64,000 nt of DNA from an uncultured Chloroflexia bacterium (GCA_963712745.1 CAVQJC010000002.1:96001-160000); one strand, 5' to 3'; positions 47,086-57,875 are shown, counted from the stretch's first letter. Notes: a model not told the origin generated them from the sequence alone. Numbers and translations are program-made.

Positions 47086-48362
47086 CCTTGCGACGCCTTC
47101 GGCTGCTCACCGCCGGCGAGTCCCACGGACCCGGCATGTCCGGGATCGTCGACGGCCTGCCCGCCGGCCTGCGCGTCTCGACGGCCAAGGTCGACGAGGA
47201 GCTGGCACGTCGCCAGCACGGCTACGGCAGCGGACGGCGCATGCAGATCGAGCGCGACCGCGTGCGCTGGACCGCCGGGCTGCGCTTCGGACGAACGCTG
47301 GGCTCTCCCCTCGCCTTCTCCATCCCCAACCGCGATTGGGCCAACTGGGAAGAGCGCATGTCGCTGGAGCCCACCGCCTCATCGCGGCGGCCCAAAGCCA
47401 TCACCCTGGCCCGGCCGGGTCATGCCGACCTGGCGGGTGCCATCAAGTACGACACCGGCGACATCCGTAACGTGCTCGAGCGCGCCTCGGCCCGATCGAC
47501 GGCACCGCGGGTGGCCGCGGGGGCGATCTGCCGTCAGCTGCTGGAGGACTGCGGGGTACGCATCTGGTCGTTCGTCGACCAGCTGGGCCCGGTGCGGGCA
47601 TTCGGCGGCGTCGACGAGCCGGCGACCCAGGTGCCGGTGGGGTGGATCGAACAGGATCGCCGGGAGCCCACGCCCCTTCGCTGTCCCGACCCCGAAGCGG
47701 AGCTGGCCATGATGGCCGAGGTTGACGCCGCCATCGCCGCCGGGGACTCGGTCGGCGGCTCGTTCATCGTGATCGCTGAGGGCATGCCCGTGGGCATCGG
47801 CTCCAACGCCGAGTGGGACACGCGCATCGACTCCGCGGTCGCCGCGGCACTCATGGGCATCCAGGCGGTCAAGGGTGTCGAGATCGGCCTGGGTTTCGGT
47901 GCGGTCGGGCGGCGAGGCAGCGCGGTCCATGACGAGGTCGACCCGGGCGCTCCGGCCTGGCAACGCAAGACGAACCGCGCCGGTGGCACGGAGGGCGGCA
48001 TGACCAATGGTGCCGCCGTCGTGGCCCGGGTCGCGGTCAAGCCGGTGGCGACGCTGCGCAAGCCGCTCGATTCGGTCGACCTTGCGACGGGCGAGGTCCG
48101 ACGCGCTCACATCGAACGGAGTGACGTGGCCATCATCCCGCGTGCCGCCGTGGTCGGCGAGGCCATGCTCGCGCTGGCCCTGGCCGACGCCCTGCTGGCC
48201 GACCTCGGCGGCGACACCCTGGGCGACGTGAAGGCAGCCGTGCGCCGCCGGCGGCGTCGATCGATCGGGCCGCGCGGCACGGAGACGTCCGCTCGCACCC
48301 TCGAGGCACTGCCCGAGGACGCCGCGGAGGAGGCCACCGTGGTGGAGGGCACAGACGCATGA
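47082..48362 (+). CDS. aroC: Chorismate synthase
   Basis: TAGESHG, RPGHAD, ERASAR, GGTEGGMTNG. Confidence 0.97.
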   Translation: MTLRRLRLLTAGESHGPGMSGIVDGLPAGLRVSTAKVDEELARRQHGYGSGRRMQIERDRVRWTAGLRFGRTLGSPLAFSIPNRDWANWEERMSLEPTASSRRPKAITLARPGHADLAGAIKYDTGDIRNVLERASARSTAPRVAAGAICRQLLEDCGVRIWSFVDQLGPVRAFGGVDEPATQVPVGWIEQDRREPTPLRCPDPEAELAMMAEVDAAIAAGDSVGGSFIVIAEGMPVGIGSNAEWDTRIDSAVAAALMGIQAVKGVEIGLGFGAVGRRGSAVHDEVDPGAPAWQRKTNRAGGTEGGMTNGAAVVARVAVKPVATLRKPLDSVDLATGEVRRAHIERSDVAIIPRAAVVGEAMLALALADALLADLGGDTLGDVKAAVRRRRRRSIGPRGTETSARTLEALPEDAAEEATVVEGTDA

Positions 48363-49144
48363 ACGAACACCCGCGCGACTTCAAGTTGCTGGGCCACGGC
48401 ATCGCCTACTCGGCCTCACCCGCGATGATGAATGCCGCCTTCGCCTCGCTCGGGCTCCCGCATCGGTATGCGCTTGCGGACATCCCGGAGGAAGACGTGC
48501 CCGCGGTCGTCGACTCGTTGCGATCGACCGATGCCGGCGGAGCGAACGTGACCGTGCCGCACAAGGGCGTCGTCGTTCCCCTCCTCGACGACGTCTCGGA
48601 CGACGCGCGGGAGGCTGACGCTGTCAACACCATCGTCTGTCGCAACGGCCGACTGATCGGCCACAACACCGACATGCCGGCCATGATCGACGTCATCAGC
48701 GACCTGCGGCCACACGGTTCGGAGCATGCCATCATCCTCGGTGCCGGCGGTGCCGGCCGAGCGGTGCAGCTGGCCCTCAGCAAGTTGGGGGTGGACCGGG
48801 TCAGCGTGCTACATCGCTCGGACGCCTCGATCGAACGACTCCCACGCCTCATCGGCACTGCTGATCTGCTCGTCAACGCCACGCCCGTCGGCACCGGCAG
48901 CGATCAGAGCCCCGTGCCGGCCGAGCTCCTGCGGGATGACCTGGCTGTGCTCGACCTCGTCTACCGTCCTGATCCCACACGCCTCGTGAGGGACGCCCGG
49001 AAGGCAGGCGCGGTCGCGGAGGCCGGGTCAGCCCTGCTGCTCGGCCAGGCCTGGCGCGCCTTCGAGCTCTGGCTGGAGCGACCCGCACCAATCGAAGTGA
49101 TGCGCGCCGCGCTGGCGCGCGAACTGGAGAAGCACGATGACTGA
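48359..49144 (+). CDS. aroE: Shikimate dehydrogenase
   Basis: SASP, NVTVPHK, AVNT, HNTD, GAGGAG, NATPVG. Confidence 0.95.
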   Translation: MNEHPRDFKLLGHGIAYSASPAMMNAAFASLGLPHRYALADIPEEDVPAVVDSLRSTDAGGANVTVPHKGVVVPLLDDVSDDAREADAVNTIVCRNGRLIGHNTDMPAMIDVISDLRPHGSEHAIILGAGGAGRAVQLALSKLGVDRVSVLHRSDASIERLPRLIGTADLLVNATPVGTGSDQSPVPAELLRDDLAVLDLVYRPDPTRLVRDARKAGAVAEAGSALLLGQAWRAFELWLERPAPIEVMRAALARELEKHDD

Positions 49145-50756
49145 CACGATCGTCCTGGTCGGCCTGTCCGGCAGCGGCAAGTCCACCATCGCTGAGCCGC
49201 TCGCGGAGCGACTGCGCCGGCCGCTCATCGACGTGGACGCCGCCATCGAGGAACGGGTCGGGATGGATCCGTCCACCATCATCCATGAGCGTGGCGAAGC
49301 CGCCTTCCGTGAGCTGGAGGTCGAAGCAGTGGCGCGCGCCTGCGAGGTGGACGGCGCGGTCGTCGCGACGGGCGGCGGGGCCATCATCGACCCACTGAAC
49401 CGCTGGGCGCTGTGGCATGCGGGGGCGGTCGTCTGGCTCGACGCTCCGGATGACGTGCTGCTTGGCCGCCTGGCCCGCCACTACAAGCCTCGCCCGATGC
49501 TCGAGGGCAACGCGGCTGATCGCTTGGCCGCGCTTCGGGGCTCGCGCTCTCCGTTCTACCGTGCGGCCGACATCCATGTCGATGCCACGGCGCCGGTCGA
49601 GGAGGTCATCGAGACCGTCATCTCGAGAGTGGAACAAGGGGTGGGGCAGTCGCGCCGGCTCTACGACTCCGAGGTCAAGCAGGACCACCCGATGATCCCC
49701 GCCACCTCGCGCATCGTCTTCGGAGAGCATCTGGACGAAGCCGTCTTCGGCGACGTACTGGGTCCGGTCAGCACCGGTTCCCCCGTGGTGGTCGCCGACA
49801 GAGGAGCCGCCAGGGCGCTGCCCGAGCTCCTGGGGGCCCTGCCGCAGGCTCGCCTGCTGCGTATCGCCGGTGGTGAGCGCTACAAGCGACTGCGCAATGT
49901 GGAACGCCTGCTCGAGTCAGCCAGCACGCTGGGCGCCGAGCGAGGGGATGCCTGGATCGGCGTGGGCGGCGGGACCGCCACCGACCTGGTCGGAACCGCT
50001 GCCGCCCTGTACCTGCGGGGGGTGCCATTCATGGCCGTCCCGACAACGTGGCTGGGCATGACCGATGCGGCCATCGGCGGGAAGGTCGCAGTGGACCTGC
50101 CGAACGCCAAGAACGCAGCCGGTGCCTTCTGGCCGCCCTCGGCAGTGGTCGGCGATATCGCGAGCCTGGGGCCCTTGCCCCGTGCGCGACGGCTGGACGG
50201 CATGGCCGAGTCGCTCAAGAGCGGACTCATCGGTGACCGGGTCCTGTGGCACCTCATCGAGACGCGGGGACGAGCAGCGTTGCGGAATGACCAGGCTGCC
50301 CGCTACGCCATCATCGATCGCTCCGTGCAGCTCAAGCTGGGCATCGTCAGCCGCGACCTGTTCGAGCGCGGTGAGCGCCGCACGCTCAACCTCGGGCACA
50401 CCATCGGCCACGCCCTCGAAATCGAGAGCGGGTTCCGGCTGCCTCACGGGCAGGCCGTGGTGCTCGGCATCCGTGCCGTCGCCGCCGTCGCCCGGCGCTG
50501 GGGTGCGGAACCCGACCTGGCCGATCAGATCGACAGCGTCGCCTCAGACCTGGGTTTCGAGCTGCGGCGAGCCTTCGATACCGACGTGGTCAAGCGCGCA
50601 CTCCAGAGCGACAAGAAACGACACCTCGGACGCCAGCGCTGGATCATGCCCATGGCCGTGGGCACGGTGATGGAGGTCGACGACGTCACGGATGCCGAGC
50701 TCGATCTTGCCCTCGCGACGATCGCAGCGGACGGCCAGAAAGGGGTTTCAGCATGA
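49137..50756 (+). CDS. aroKB: Bifunctional shikimate kinase / 3-dehydroquinate synthase
   Basis: GLSGSGKST, FRELE, ATGGG; then VPTT, DAAIGGK, LNLGHTIGHALE. Confidence 0.93.
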   Translation: MTDTIVLVGLSGSGKSTIAEPLAERLRRPLIDVDAAIEERVGMDPSTIIHERGEAAFRELEVEAVARACEVDGAVVATGGGAIIDPLNRWALWHAGAVVWLDAPDDVLLGRLARHYKPRPMLEGNAADRLAALRGSRSPFYRAADIHVDATAPVEEVIETVISRVEQGVGQSRRLYDSEVKQDHPMIPATSRIVFGEHLDEAVFGDVLGPVSTGSPVVVADRGAARALPELLGALPQARLLRIAGGERYKRLRNVERLLESASTLGAERGDAWIGVGGGTATDLVGTAAALYLRGVPFMAVPTTWLGMTDAAIGGKVAVDLPNAKNAAGAFWPPSAVVGDIASLGPLPRARRLDGMAESLKSGLIGDRVLWHLIETRGRAALRNDQAARYAIIDRSVQLKLGIVSRDLFERGERRTLNLGHTIGHALEIESGFRLPHGQAVVLGIRAVAAVARRWGAEPDLADQIDSVASDLGFELRRAFDTDVVKRALQSDKKRHLGRQRWIMPMAVGTVMEVDDVTDAELDLALATIAADGQKGVSA

Positions 50757-51191
50757 GGATCCTGCTACTCAACGGGCCCAACCTGGGCCGTCTCGGCAAG
50801 CGCCAGCCTGGAGATCTACGGCTCCACCACGCTGGCGGAGGTGGAAGCCGCGGCCGCCGAACACGCGGTCAGCCTGGGCCACTCCCTCGTGGCCTACCAG
50901 TCAAATCACGATGGTGCGCTCATCGATCGCATCGAAGAGCGCGACTACGACGCCATCGTCATCAACCCCGGTGCCCTGACCCACTACGCATGGTCGTTGC
51001 ACGACGCGTTGGTCGGCGCTGAGTGCCCGGTCGTGGAGATCCACATCAGCGACATCTACGCCCGCGAAGCCTGGCGCCATTTCTCGGTCGTCGAACCGGT
51101 CGCCAGCCACCGCATCATGGGACATGGCTGGCGCGGGTATCTCGAAGCCATCGACTTCCTTCACGCCGAGGCCGCCGAACGGTCTCGCTGA
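50753..51191 (+). CDS. aroQ: Type II 3-dehydroquinate dehydratase (frameshift near 50810)
   Basis: LNGPNLGRLGKRQP|EIYG..., QSNH, INPGALTH, VEIHIS; one extra G splits the frame. Confidence 0.92.
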
Positions 51192-51214
51192 CCGAGACAC
51201 CCGAGGACCCTCCC

Positions 51215-52663
51215 ATGACCGCCCAGCTCCCGCGACCCGGCCTGGCCGGCGTGGCCGCCGTCGAGATCAGCGCCGACACCATCTCGCCGGTGACGGCCGC
51301 GCTCCGTCTGCACGACCAGGACCGGCTCGCCTTCATCCTCGAGTCGGTGGAGGGCGGTGCCCGCTACGGACGCTACTCCATGGTCGGCGTGCGCGGCCGC
51401 ATCCTCGCCGTCGAGGGTGACGAGGCCATCGTGCGCAGCCACGACTACGCCGAGCTCGATCGGTTCCCTGCGAGCGATCCGCTCGAGGCCCTGCGTCGGA
51501 TGCTGCCGGACGCGCCGCCCCAAGGCGAGCTTCCGGTCTCGCTCGCTTCGGGTGTCGGCTATCTCTCGTACGAGGCGGCGGCTCGCTGGGAGAAGCTGCC
51601 GGTGCCGGAGGCCGATCCCATCGGCCTGCCGCTGGCGCTCTTCCACCTGCCCGACGTGCTCGTCGTCTTCGACCACCTCGCGCAGACCGCCACGCTCGCG
51701 ACCATCGACGGGCCTGGAGCCCTCGACCGCCTGGCTGATGCACGAACGATGCTGGCCCGACCGTCGAGGATCGAGGGCGCTGTGCCCATCCCGACCGAGG
51801 CCGCGCGGCACACCCCACCGGCGGCCGATGGCCGCTACGAAGCCGGCGTCGCCAGCCTCGTGCACGACATCCGCGCGGGCGAGATGCTGCAGGCGGTGCT
51901 GGCACGGCGCTTCAGCCTGCCCTGCTCGGTGGGGCCCCTCGAGATCTACCGCTCGCTGCGACGCATCAATCCATCGCCGCACCTCTTCGCCATCGACCTT
52001 GGGCCACGGCGCTCGGTGCTGGGTGCCTCACCGGAGCTGCTCGTGCGCGTCCGCGACGGAGTGGTGTCCACGCGACCCATCGCCGGCACACGGCCCCGCT
52101 CGGTCGACCCGGTCGCCGATGCGGCGCTGGAGGCGGACCTGCTGGCTGACCAGAAGGAGCTGGCCGAACACGCGATGCTCGTGGACCTCGCGCGCAACGA
52201 CGTGGGGCGGGTGGCCGTGCCTGGGAGCGTACGTGTACCGGCGCTCCATTCAATCGAACGCTACTCGCACGTCATGCACATCGTGTCGGAAGTGGAGGGC
52301 GAGCTGCGCGGCGACCGCGATGCCTTCGACGCTGTGCGCTCGGTGTTCCCAGCGGGCACGCTCAGCGGCGCGCCCAAGGTGCGTGCCATGCAGGCCATCG
52401 CAGAGCTGGAGAACGAGCAACGCGGCCCCTACGGTGGCGCCGTGGGCTTCTTTGCCCCCGACGATGTGGAGGCCGCCATCACCATCCGGGCGATGGTGCT
52501 CAAGGACGGTACCGCCTATGTCCAGGCCGGGGCCGGCATCGTGGCCGACTCGGTGCCGGAACGCGAGTCCGCGGAAGTGGCGGCCAAGGCCGGGGCCATC
52601 CTGAGTGCCCTCGCCGAGGCCGAAGCCATCTACGGGATCAACGGATCGGAGAGCGTGCGATGA
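51215..52663 (+). CDS. trpE: Anthranilate synthase component I
   Basis: FILESVEGG (LLES-type), SPELLV, PIAGTRPR, EHAMLVDLARND, PAGTLSGAPK. Confidence 0.88.
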   Translation: MTAQLPRPGLAGVAAVEISADTISPVTAALRLHDQDRLAFILESVEGGARYGRYSMVGVRGRILAVEGDEAIVRSHDYAELDRFPASDPLEALRRMLPDAPPQGELPVSLASGVGYLSYEAAARWEKLPVPEADPIGLPLALFHLPDVLVVFDHLAQTATLATIDGPGALDRLADARTMLARPSRIEGAVPIPTEAARHTPPAADGRYEAGVASLVHDIRAGEMLQAVLARRFSLPCSVGPLEIYRSLRRINPSPHLFAIDLGPRRSVLGASPELLVRVRDGVVSTRPIAGTRPRSVDPVADAALEADLLADQKELAEHAMLVDLARNDVGRVAVPGSVRVPALHSIERYSHVMHIVSEVEGELRGDRDAFDAVRSVFPAGTLSGAPKVRAMQAIAELENEQRGPYGGAVGFFAPDDVEAAITIRAMVLKDGTAYVQAGAGIVADSVPERESAEVAAKAGAILSALAEAEAIYGINGSESVR

Positions 52664-53283
52664 CCACCGCCACGACAGACCTGCCGGGCGCCGGCCGACG
52701 GATCCTGCTGCTCGACAACTACGACAGCTTCACCTACAACCTGTACCAGTATCTGTGTCAGCTGGGCGCGGACGTGGAAGTGGCACGCAACGACGAGATC
52801 TCGGTCGCGGAGATCGCGGCCAAGGTTCCGGATGGCATCGTCATCAGCCCGGGCCCCTCGCGGCCGGAGAACGCCGGCATCTCGCTCGACGTCATCCGCC
52901 ACTTCGGGCCGACCACGCCGGTACTCGGGGTCTGCCTGGGCCACCAGTCGATCGGGCTGGTCTACGGCGGCGAAGTGGTCACCGTGGAGCCGGTGCACGG
53001 CAAGAAGTCGGCCGTCGACCATCGCGGGCAGGGGATCTTCGAGGGGTTGCCCACGCCGCTCGAGGCCGGACGCTACCACTCGCTGGCAGTGGCTCGCAAT
53101 TCTGTGCCGGAAGTCCTGGAGGTGACCGCTACCAGTCCCGACGGGCTGGTGATGGGGCTGCGGCATCGCGAGCACCCGGTCGAGGGCATCCAATTCCACC
53201 CCGAGTCGATCCTCACCGAGTTCGGCATGACCATGCTTGGCAACTGGCTGCGCTCGCTGCCGGCGGCGCACGCGCATCGCTGA
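52660..53283 (+). CDS. trpG: Anthranilate/aminodeoxychorismate synthase component II
   Basis: DNYDSFTYNL, SPGP, GVCLGHQ, RYHSL, QFHPES. Confidence 0.92.
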   Translation: MTTATTDLPGAGRRILLLDNYDSFTYNLYQYLCQLGADVEVARNDEISVAEIAAKVPDGIVISPGPSRPENAGISLDVIRHFGPTTPVLGVCLGHQSIGLVYGGEVVTVEPVHGKKSAVDHRGQGIFEGLPTPLEAGRYHSLAVARNSVPEVLEVTATSPDGLVMGLRHREHPVEGIQFHPESILTEFGMTMLGNWLRSLPAAHAHR

Positions 53284-53289
53284 TCTTGC

Positions 53290-54276
53290 TCAGGTCGCCG
53301 TCGACGGCATCCGGATCCACGTCTTGCCGGGCGCGTCCGCGCTCGACAGGAATGCCGCCTGTGCCTCGGCGAAGGGGTACTCGCTGCTGATGACGCGTCC
53401 GGGTGAGACCGAACCGGCATCCAGCAGGGAGGTGGTCCAGCGGAAGTCGCCGGGGTGGTCGTACGTCAACGATCCGCGCAGCACGAGCTGACGGCGGACA
53501 AGGGTCTCCGCGTTCAACTCGAACTGCCGCTTCTCCAGGCCGAGCTCCACGATGGTGGCACCGACCTCGCTGCGGCGCACCGCCTCGGCCAGCGCCTCGG
53601 GTACGCCGGTCGTGTCAACCACCAGGCCGAACTGTCGTTCGTCGTCGGGGTCCAGCTCGGTCACCCCGAGGGACCCGCCCGCGAACGCGACTCGTTCGGC
53701 GTTCGGATCGCTGACCTGGACGCGGACCCCGCGCCGCTGCAGGGCCAGGCTCATGAGCAGGCCTTGTGCGCCGACGCCCAGGACGAGGCTCTCCTGTGGC
53801 AGCTGACCTGGCAGGCGCCGGAGCGCCGTCTCGACCACGGTCAGCGGCTCGACGCAGACCAGATCCTGCGGCTCGGCAGGATCGACGGGCCACGCCCGGC
53901 TGGCCGGCACCACGACCAGCTCCGCCAGGGCCCCGGGCCAATTCATGCCGACCGAACGCCGTCGCCGGCATCCCGACGTCTGACCGCGGCGGCACTCCGC
54001 GCAATCGCCGCAGGCCACGTTCGGCTCGATGACCACCAGCTGTCCCTGGCGGCTGGGCTCGACGTCCCTTCCGACCGCCTCGATCGTGCCGAAGGCCTCG
54101 TGTCCCATGATCCAGGGGTAGTCGGGTGCCGTCCATTTGCCATGGAACACGCTCAGGTCGGACCCGCACAGTCCGACGCCGCCGACGGCGATGCGCACCT
54201 CGTCGGGCGCGACGTCGGGTACCGGCACGTCGTCGACGACGATACGACCGGGCTCGACCAGCAAAGCAGCTAACAC
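53290..54276 (-). CDS. Zinc-dependent alcohol dehydrogenase (MDR)
   Basis: GLCGSD, GHE, CGDCAEC...C, GVGAQG. Confidence 0.92.
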   Translation of the reverse strand: MLAALLVEPGRIVVDDVPVPDVAPDEVRIAVGGVGLCGSDLSVFHGKWTAPDYPWIMGHEAFGTIEAVGRDVEPSRQGQLVVIEPNVACGDCAECRRGQTSGCRRRRSVGMNWPGALAELVVVPASRAWPVDPAEPQDLVCVEPLTVVETALRRLPGQLPQESLVLGVGAQGLLMSLALQRRGVRVQVSDPNAERVAFAGGSLGVTELDPDDERQFGLVVDTTGVPEALAEAVRRSEVGATIVELGLEKRQFELNAETLVRRQLVLRGSLTYDHPGDFRWTTSLLDAGSVSPGRVISSEYPFAEAQAAFLSSADAPGKTWIRMPSTAT

Positions 54277-55334
54277 GTCACGTCCTCCCCGATGCGCGTG
54301 GGCTCCGTCCGGCCCACCGATTCCTTCGCCGGCTCCAGCAATCGGCTGGGGTTCAAGACCAACATACGGTCGAGGTCCATCCGTGACACGCCTCGCTCCA
54401 GGAGGGCCGGCAGGACCCGTCGAAACAGGTGTGCCATGTCCCAGTGCGGGGCATGCGCCGCTCGCCACGACGGCGGCGTCACATAGCTGAAGCATGCCGC
54501 GTCGTGAGAGAGGACCATCCGGTCGGCATAGCCCAGACCCGCCAGCGCCACCACGGTCGCGATGCGGGCATCGTCGCCCATCACGTGCTCCATGCCGAAG
54601 CGGTCCAAGCCGATGGTCGATCCGTTGTCCATGATGGCGCGCAAGTAGTCAAGGTCGTCGGTGTCCCCCGAATGCCCGATGATGATCCGGTCGGGGGACA
54701 CGCCCCGCGCGACGAGGAAGGACTGTTGACCGAGCCCGTTGCGCTGGCGGGCTTCCGAGTGGGTCGTGATCGGGACGCCCGTCTGTTGGTGTGCGATGGC
54801 GGCGGCAGACAGGACCCGCTCCTCGGCCGCGCTCAACACGGCGCCTGCCGACATCACCTTGATCATGCCTGCCCTGATCGTCGTGCCCCCGATGCCCTCC
54901 TCGATATCGCGCACGAATAGCTCGGTGAGCGGATCCGGCTCGTCGATCAGGCGACCCGGCCCACGGAACTCGAAGTAGAGCGGCACCCCGGCCGCGCTGT
55001 AGAGACCGGTCGAGGCGATGAGGTTGATGGCCACGCGATCAGCGACCTCCGCGACGAGGCTGACGTCCCGGCCAAGACCGACCACGGTCAGGTCGACCAC
55101 CGTCCGGACTCCGAGCCCGTGCAACGCGCTCAGCTGACGGACGGCCAGGTCGACGGCCTGGGACTCGTTCCAGCCGAGTGCGGGCATGTTGCGCTCGAGC
55201 TCCTGGTGACGCACGAAGATGTGCTCGTGGATGAGCGTGACCCCGAGCTCCCCCGCGTCCACCTCCCCGCGGAACGTGGAGACGCCACGCTGCCTCGCGC
55301 CGCCAGGCCATTCCCCGGGCGTTGCCTCTGTCAC
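54270..55334 (-). CDS. Phosphotriesterase-related (PTE/Php) lactonase
   Basis: TLIHEH, GLGRD, ITTHS, IIGHSGD, LSHD. Confidence 0.9.
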   Translation of the reverse strand: MTEATPGEWPGGARQRGVSTFRGEVDAGELGVTLIHEHIFVRHQELERNMPALGWNESQAVDLAVRQLSALHGLGVRTVVDLTVVGLGRDVSLVAEVADRVAINLIASTGLYSAAGVPLYFEFRGPGRLIDEPDPLTELFVRDIEEGIGGTTIRAGMIKVMSAGAVLSAAEERVLSAAAIAHQQTGVPITTHSEARQRNGLGQQSFLVARGVSPDRIIIGHSGDTDDLDYLRAIMDNGSTIGLDRFGMEHVMGDDARIATVVALAGLGYADRMVLSHDAACFSYVTPPSWRAAHAPHWDMAHLFRRVLPALLERGVSRMDLDRMLVLNPSRLLEPAKESVGRTEPTRIGEDVTC

Positions 55335-56593
55335 GGGCGGGAGTCCCTGGGTAGCGCGCTCGCGGGTGCGGCGACCGACGGCTCGGCGGTCTGAGCCTCA
55401 GCTCGCTGATCGACTCCCAGACGGGCAAGCACGGACGCGGTGTCTGCGCCCAGCGGAGGTGCCAGCGGCGGCACGTGGCCCGGCGTCCGGGAGAGCTTCG
55501 GCGTGATCCCGGGCACGAGCAGCGGTCGCTCCAGCCGTGCGTCCTCGACGGCGACGATCATCCCGCGGGCGTTGAACTGGGGATCGGCGACGATATCGGC
55601 GATGCTGTTGATCCGGCTTACCGGGATCCGCAGGGATCGGAGGGTAGCGACCACGTCCTCCGAAGGACGCGAGCGCGTCCACGACGCGATTGCCTCGTCT
55701 AGCTCCACGGATCGCCGGACCCGCCCGCGTTCGGTGCCGAGCTCCTCGTCCACTACGTAGTCGTCGCGCCCGATGGCCCTGAACAGCGCCCGGGAGAGCC
55801 GCGTGGTGTTGGCAGCGATGCACACCACGGCGCCGTCGGCACAAGGGTAGGCATTGGTCGGCGCCGAGTTGTGCGCGATGTTGCCGGTCCGTCGACGCAC
55901 GACCCCGAAGTAGCCGTACTCCGGCAGGATGGCCTCGAGCATCGAGAAGAGCGACTCGGTGAGCGCGACGTCTACGATCTGCCCCAGGCCGGAGCGCTCC
56001 CGCTCATGGAGGGCGGTGAGCGCACCGACCAGCGCGTGCAGTGAAGCGATGGAGTCGCCCAGGCTCAACCCCACGCGAGTCGGCGGTCCGTCGGGCTCAC
56101 CGGTGAGGTAGCGCAACCCCCCAGCCGCCTCTGCGATGGTGCCGAAACCGGGCTGATCGGACATCGGCCCGTCCTGCCCGTAGCCGGAGATCCGGACCAC
56201 GATGAGCCTTGGGTTCGTCTCCAGAAGATGCTTGGGGTCAAGGTTCCAGGCCTCGAGGCGTCCCGGGCGGAAGTTCTCGATGAGCACGTCGCTCTCGGCA
56301 GCGAGCCGTCGCACGAGTCGCTGGTCCTCCGGCTGGCGGAGGTCGGCGGCGACCGACCGCTTGCCACGCGACTGGACCAGATGCCACAGCGACTCCGCGT
56401 CCTTCAGTCCACGACCCCACCTGCGCAACGGATCGCCCGACGGCGGCAGCTCGATCTTGATGACCTCGGCCCCGAAGTCGGCGAACAGTCGTCCGGCGAA
56501 CGGCCCGGCGATGAGCGTGCCCAGCTCCAGCACGCGGAGGTCCGAAAGCGGACCGGGCGGCCCAAGCGGCCGAGGTTCCGTATGGTTGGACAT
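55331..56593 (-). CDS. CaiB/BaiF family III CoA-transferase
   Basis: IAGPFAG..FADFGAEVIKIE, ENFRPG, ISGYGQDGP. Confidence 0.95.
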   Translation of the reverse strand: MSNHTEPRPLGPPGPLSDLRVLELGTLIAGPFAGRLFADFGAEVIKIELPPSGDPLRRWGRGLKDAESLWHLVQSRGKRSVAADLRQPEDQRLVRRLAAESDVLIENFRPGRLEAWNLDPKHLLETNPRLIVVRISGYGQDGPMSDQPGFGTIAEAAGGLRYLTGEPDGPPTRVGLSLGDSIASLHALVGALTALHERERSGLGQIVDVALTESLFSMLEAILPEYGYFGVVRRRTGNIAHNSAPTNAYPCADGAVVCIAANTTRLSRALFRAIGRDDYVVDEELGTERGRVRRSVELDEAIASWTRSRPSEDVVATLRSLRIPVSRINSIADIVADPQFNARGMIVAVEDARLERPLLVPGITPKLSRTPGHVPPLAPPLGADTASVLARLGVDQRAEAQTAEPSVAAPASALPRDSRP

Positions 56594-56783
56594 GGACCCA
56601 CGTTATTGGACGAGCGTGACCGGGTCAAGGCGGCCGTCCGCGGCCGGCGATGCTCCCCGAGCCTGGTATGGCAAGACGCTCGGTCGAGCCGCCAGGTTCG
56701 CGATCGGGCATCGATGCCGCAGGATCGAAGTCAAACGACGGCGACCGGATGGCCCAGCACTTCAGGGCCTTCGAAGAAACCGC

Positions 56784-56836
56784 TTGACCAGCGCCGTGTG
56801 TTCCGTAACATAGGCCGGTGTCCAACGTTGTGGAAC
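56784..56836 (+). promoter_or_regulatory. Putative TRAP promoter with downstream imperfect palindrome
   Basis: TTGACC-N16-TAACAT; GTCCAACGTTGTGGAAC at 56820-56836. Confidence 0.45.
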
Positions 56837-56876
56837 GATTGGGCCGGCCATAGATGGACCTAGGAGGATGTGGGAC

Positions 56877-57875
56877 ATGAATGCACGGATCCGGGCACTC
56901 GCCACCGGGATGGCGACGATGGCGCTGGTCGCCGCATATGCGCCGACGGCGGTCGGGCAGGATGCGGTCGAGTTGACCCTCGCCCATAGCTACCAGGACG
57001 CACAGCCGCAGGCGGCCTGTGGCGCGCAGGTCATCGCGGACGACGTGGCGGCAGCGGACGTCGGTCTGAACGTCGAGATCTTCGGCGCCAGCCAGCTCGG
57101 TGGCGACGCAGACCGCATCGCATCGGTCGCAGCCGGCGACATCGACATGGATATCCAGGGCGCGTCCGCCCTCAGCGCGGTCTACGCGCCGATGGGTACC
57201 GTCGACGGCGCCTTCGTCTTCGACGACTACGAGCATCTCAAGCGATTCTTCAAGGACCCGGCGTCCCAGCCGCTCAAGGATGGCTTCCTCGAGGCCTCGG
57301 GCGTTCGTGTCCTCGGTGCCTGGGCTGCCGGCGCTCGCCAGTTCACCGCCAACAAGCCGATCCGCACACCGGAGGATCTGGAGGGCCTGCGCATGCGCTT
57401 CCCGCCGTCCCCGCAGTTCGTGATGAACGCGGAGGCGATGGGCGCCATCCCGACCACGGTCGCCTACGAGGAGCTCTATCTCGCGCTCTCGCAAGGCACG
57501 GTCGACGGACAGGAGAATCCGGTCGTCAACATCGCATCGATCAACCTCGATGAGGTGCAGGACGTCATCAGCCTGTCGAGCCACCAGATGAGCTCGAACC
57601 TCGTCGTCATCAACGAGGAGAAGTGGCAGTCGCTCAGTGAGGAGCAGCAGACGGCCCTTCAGGCCGCCGTCGAAGACGCCATGGACCAGGTCCCCGAGTG
57701 TGACGCCGAGTTCACCGAGATGCAGCTGAACGAGTGGCGCGAGAGCGGCGACATGCAAGTCGTCGAAGACGTCGATCGCGAGGCCTTCCGGGCCAAGGCG
57801 GAGCCCTACCTCCGCGAGCACTTCAGCCCCGAGCAGGTCGTGGTGCTTGACGCCATCCGCTCGGTCGCGGAATAG
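56877..57875 (+). CDS. TRAP transporter substrate-binding protein DctP
   Basis: Signal peptide; SQLGGD, PIRTPEDLEGLRMR, ELYLALSQGTVDGQENP. Confidence 0.95.
   Translation: MNARIRALATGMATMALVAAYAPTAVGQDAVELTLAHSYQDAQPQAACGAQVIADDVAAADVGLNVEIFGASQLGGDADRIASVAAGDIDMDIQGASALSAVYAPMGTVDGAFVFDDYEHLKRFFKDPASQPLKDGFLEASGVRVLGAWAAGARQFTANKPIRTPEDLEGLRMRFPPSPQFVMNAEAMGAIPTTVAYEELYLALSQGTVDGQENPVVNIASINLDEVQDVISLSSHQMSSNLVVINEEKWQSLSEEQQTALQAAVEDAMDQVPECDAEFTEMQLNEWRESGDMQVVEDVDREAFRAKAEPYLREHFSPEQVVVLDAIRSVAE

Noticed and set aside
50753-51191. Programmed frameshifting or true pseudogenisation of aroQ and other split genes
   Set aside because: No slippery heptamers; the genes are otherwise intact and sit in complete operons; sequencing error is simpler.
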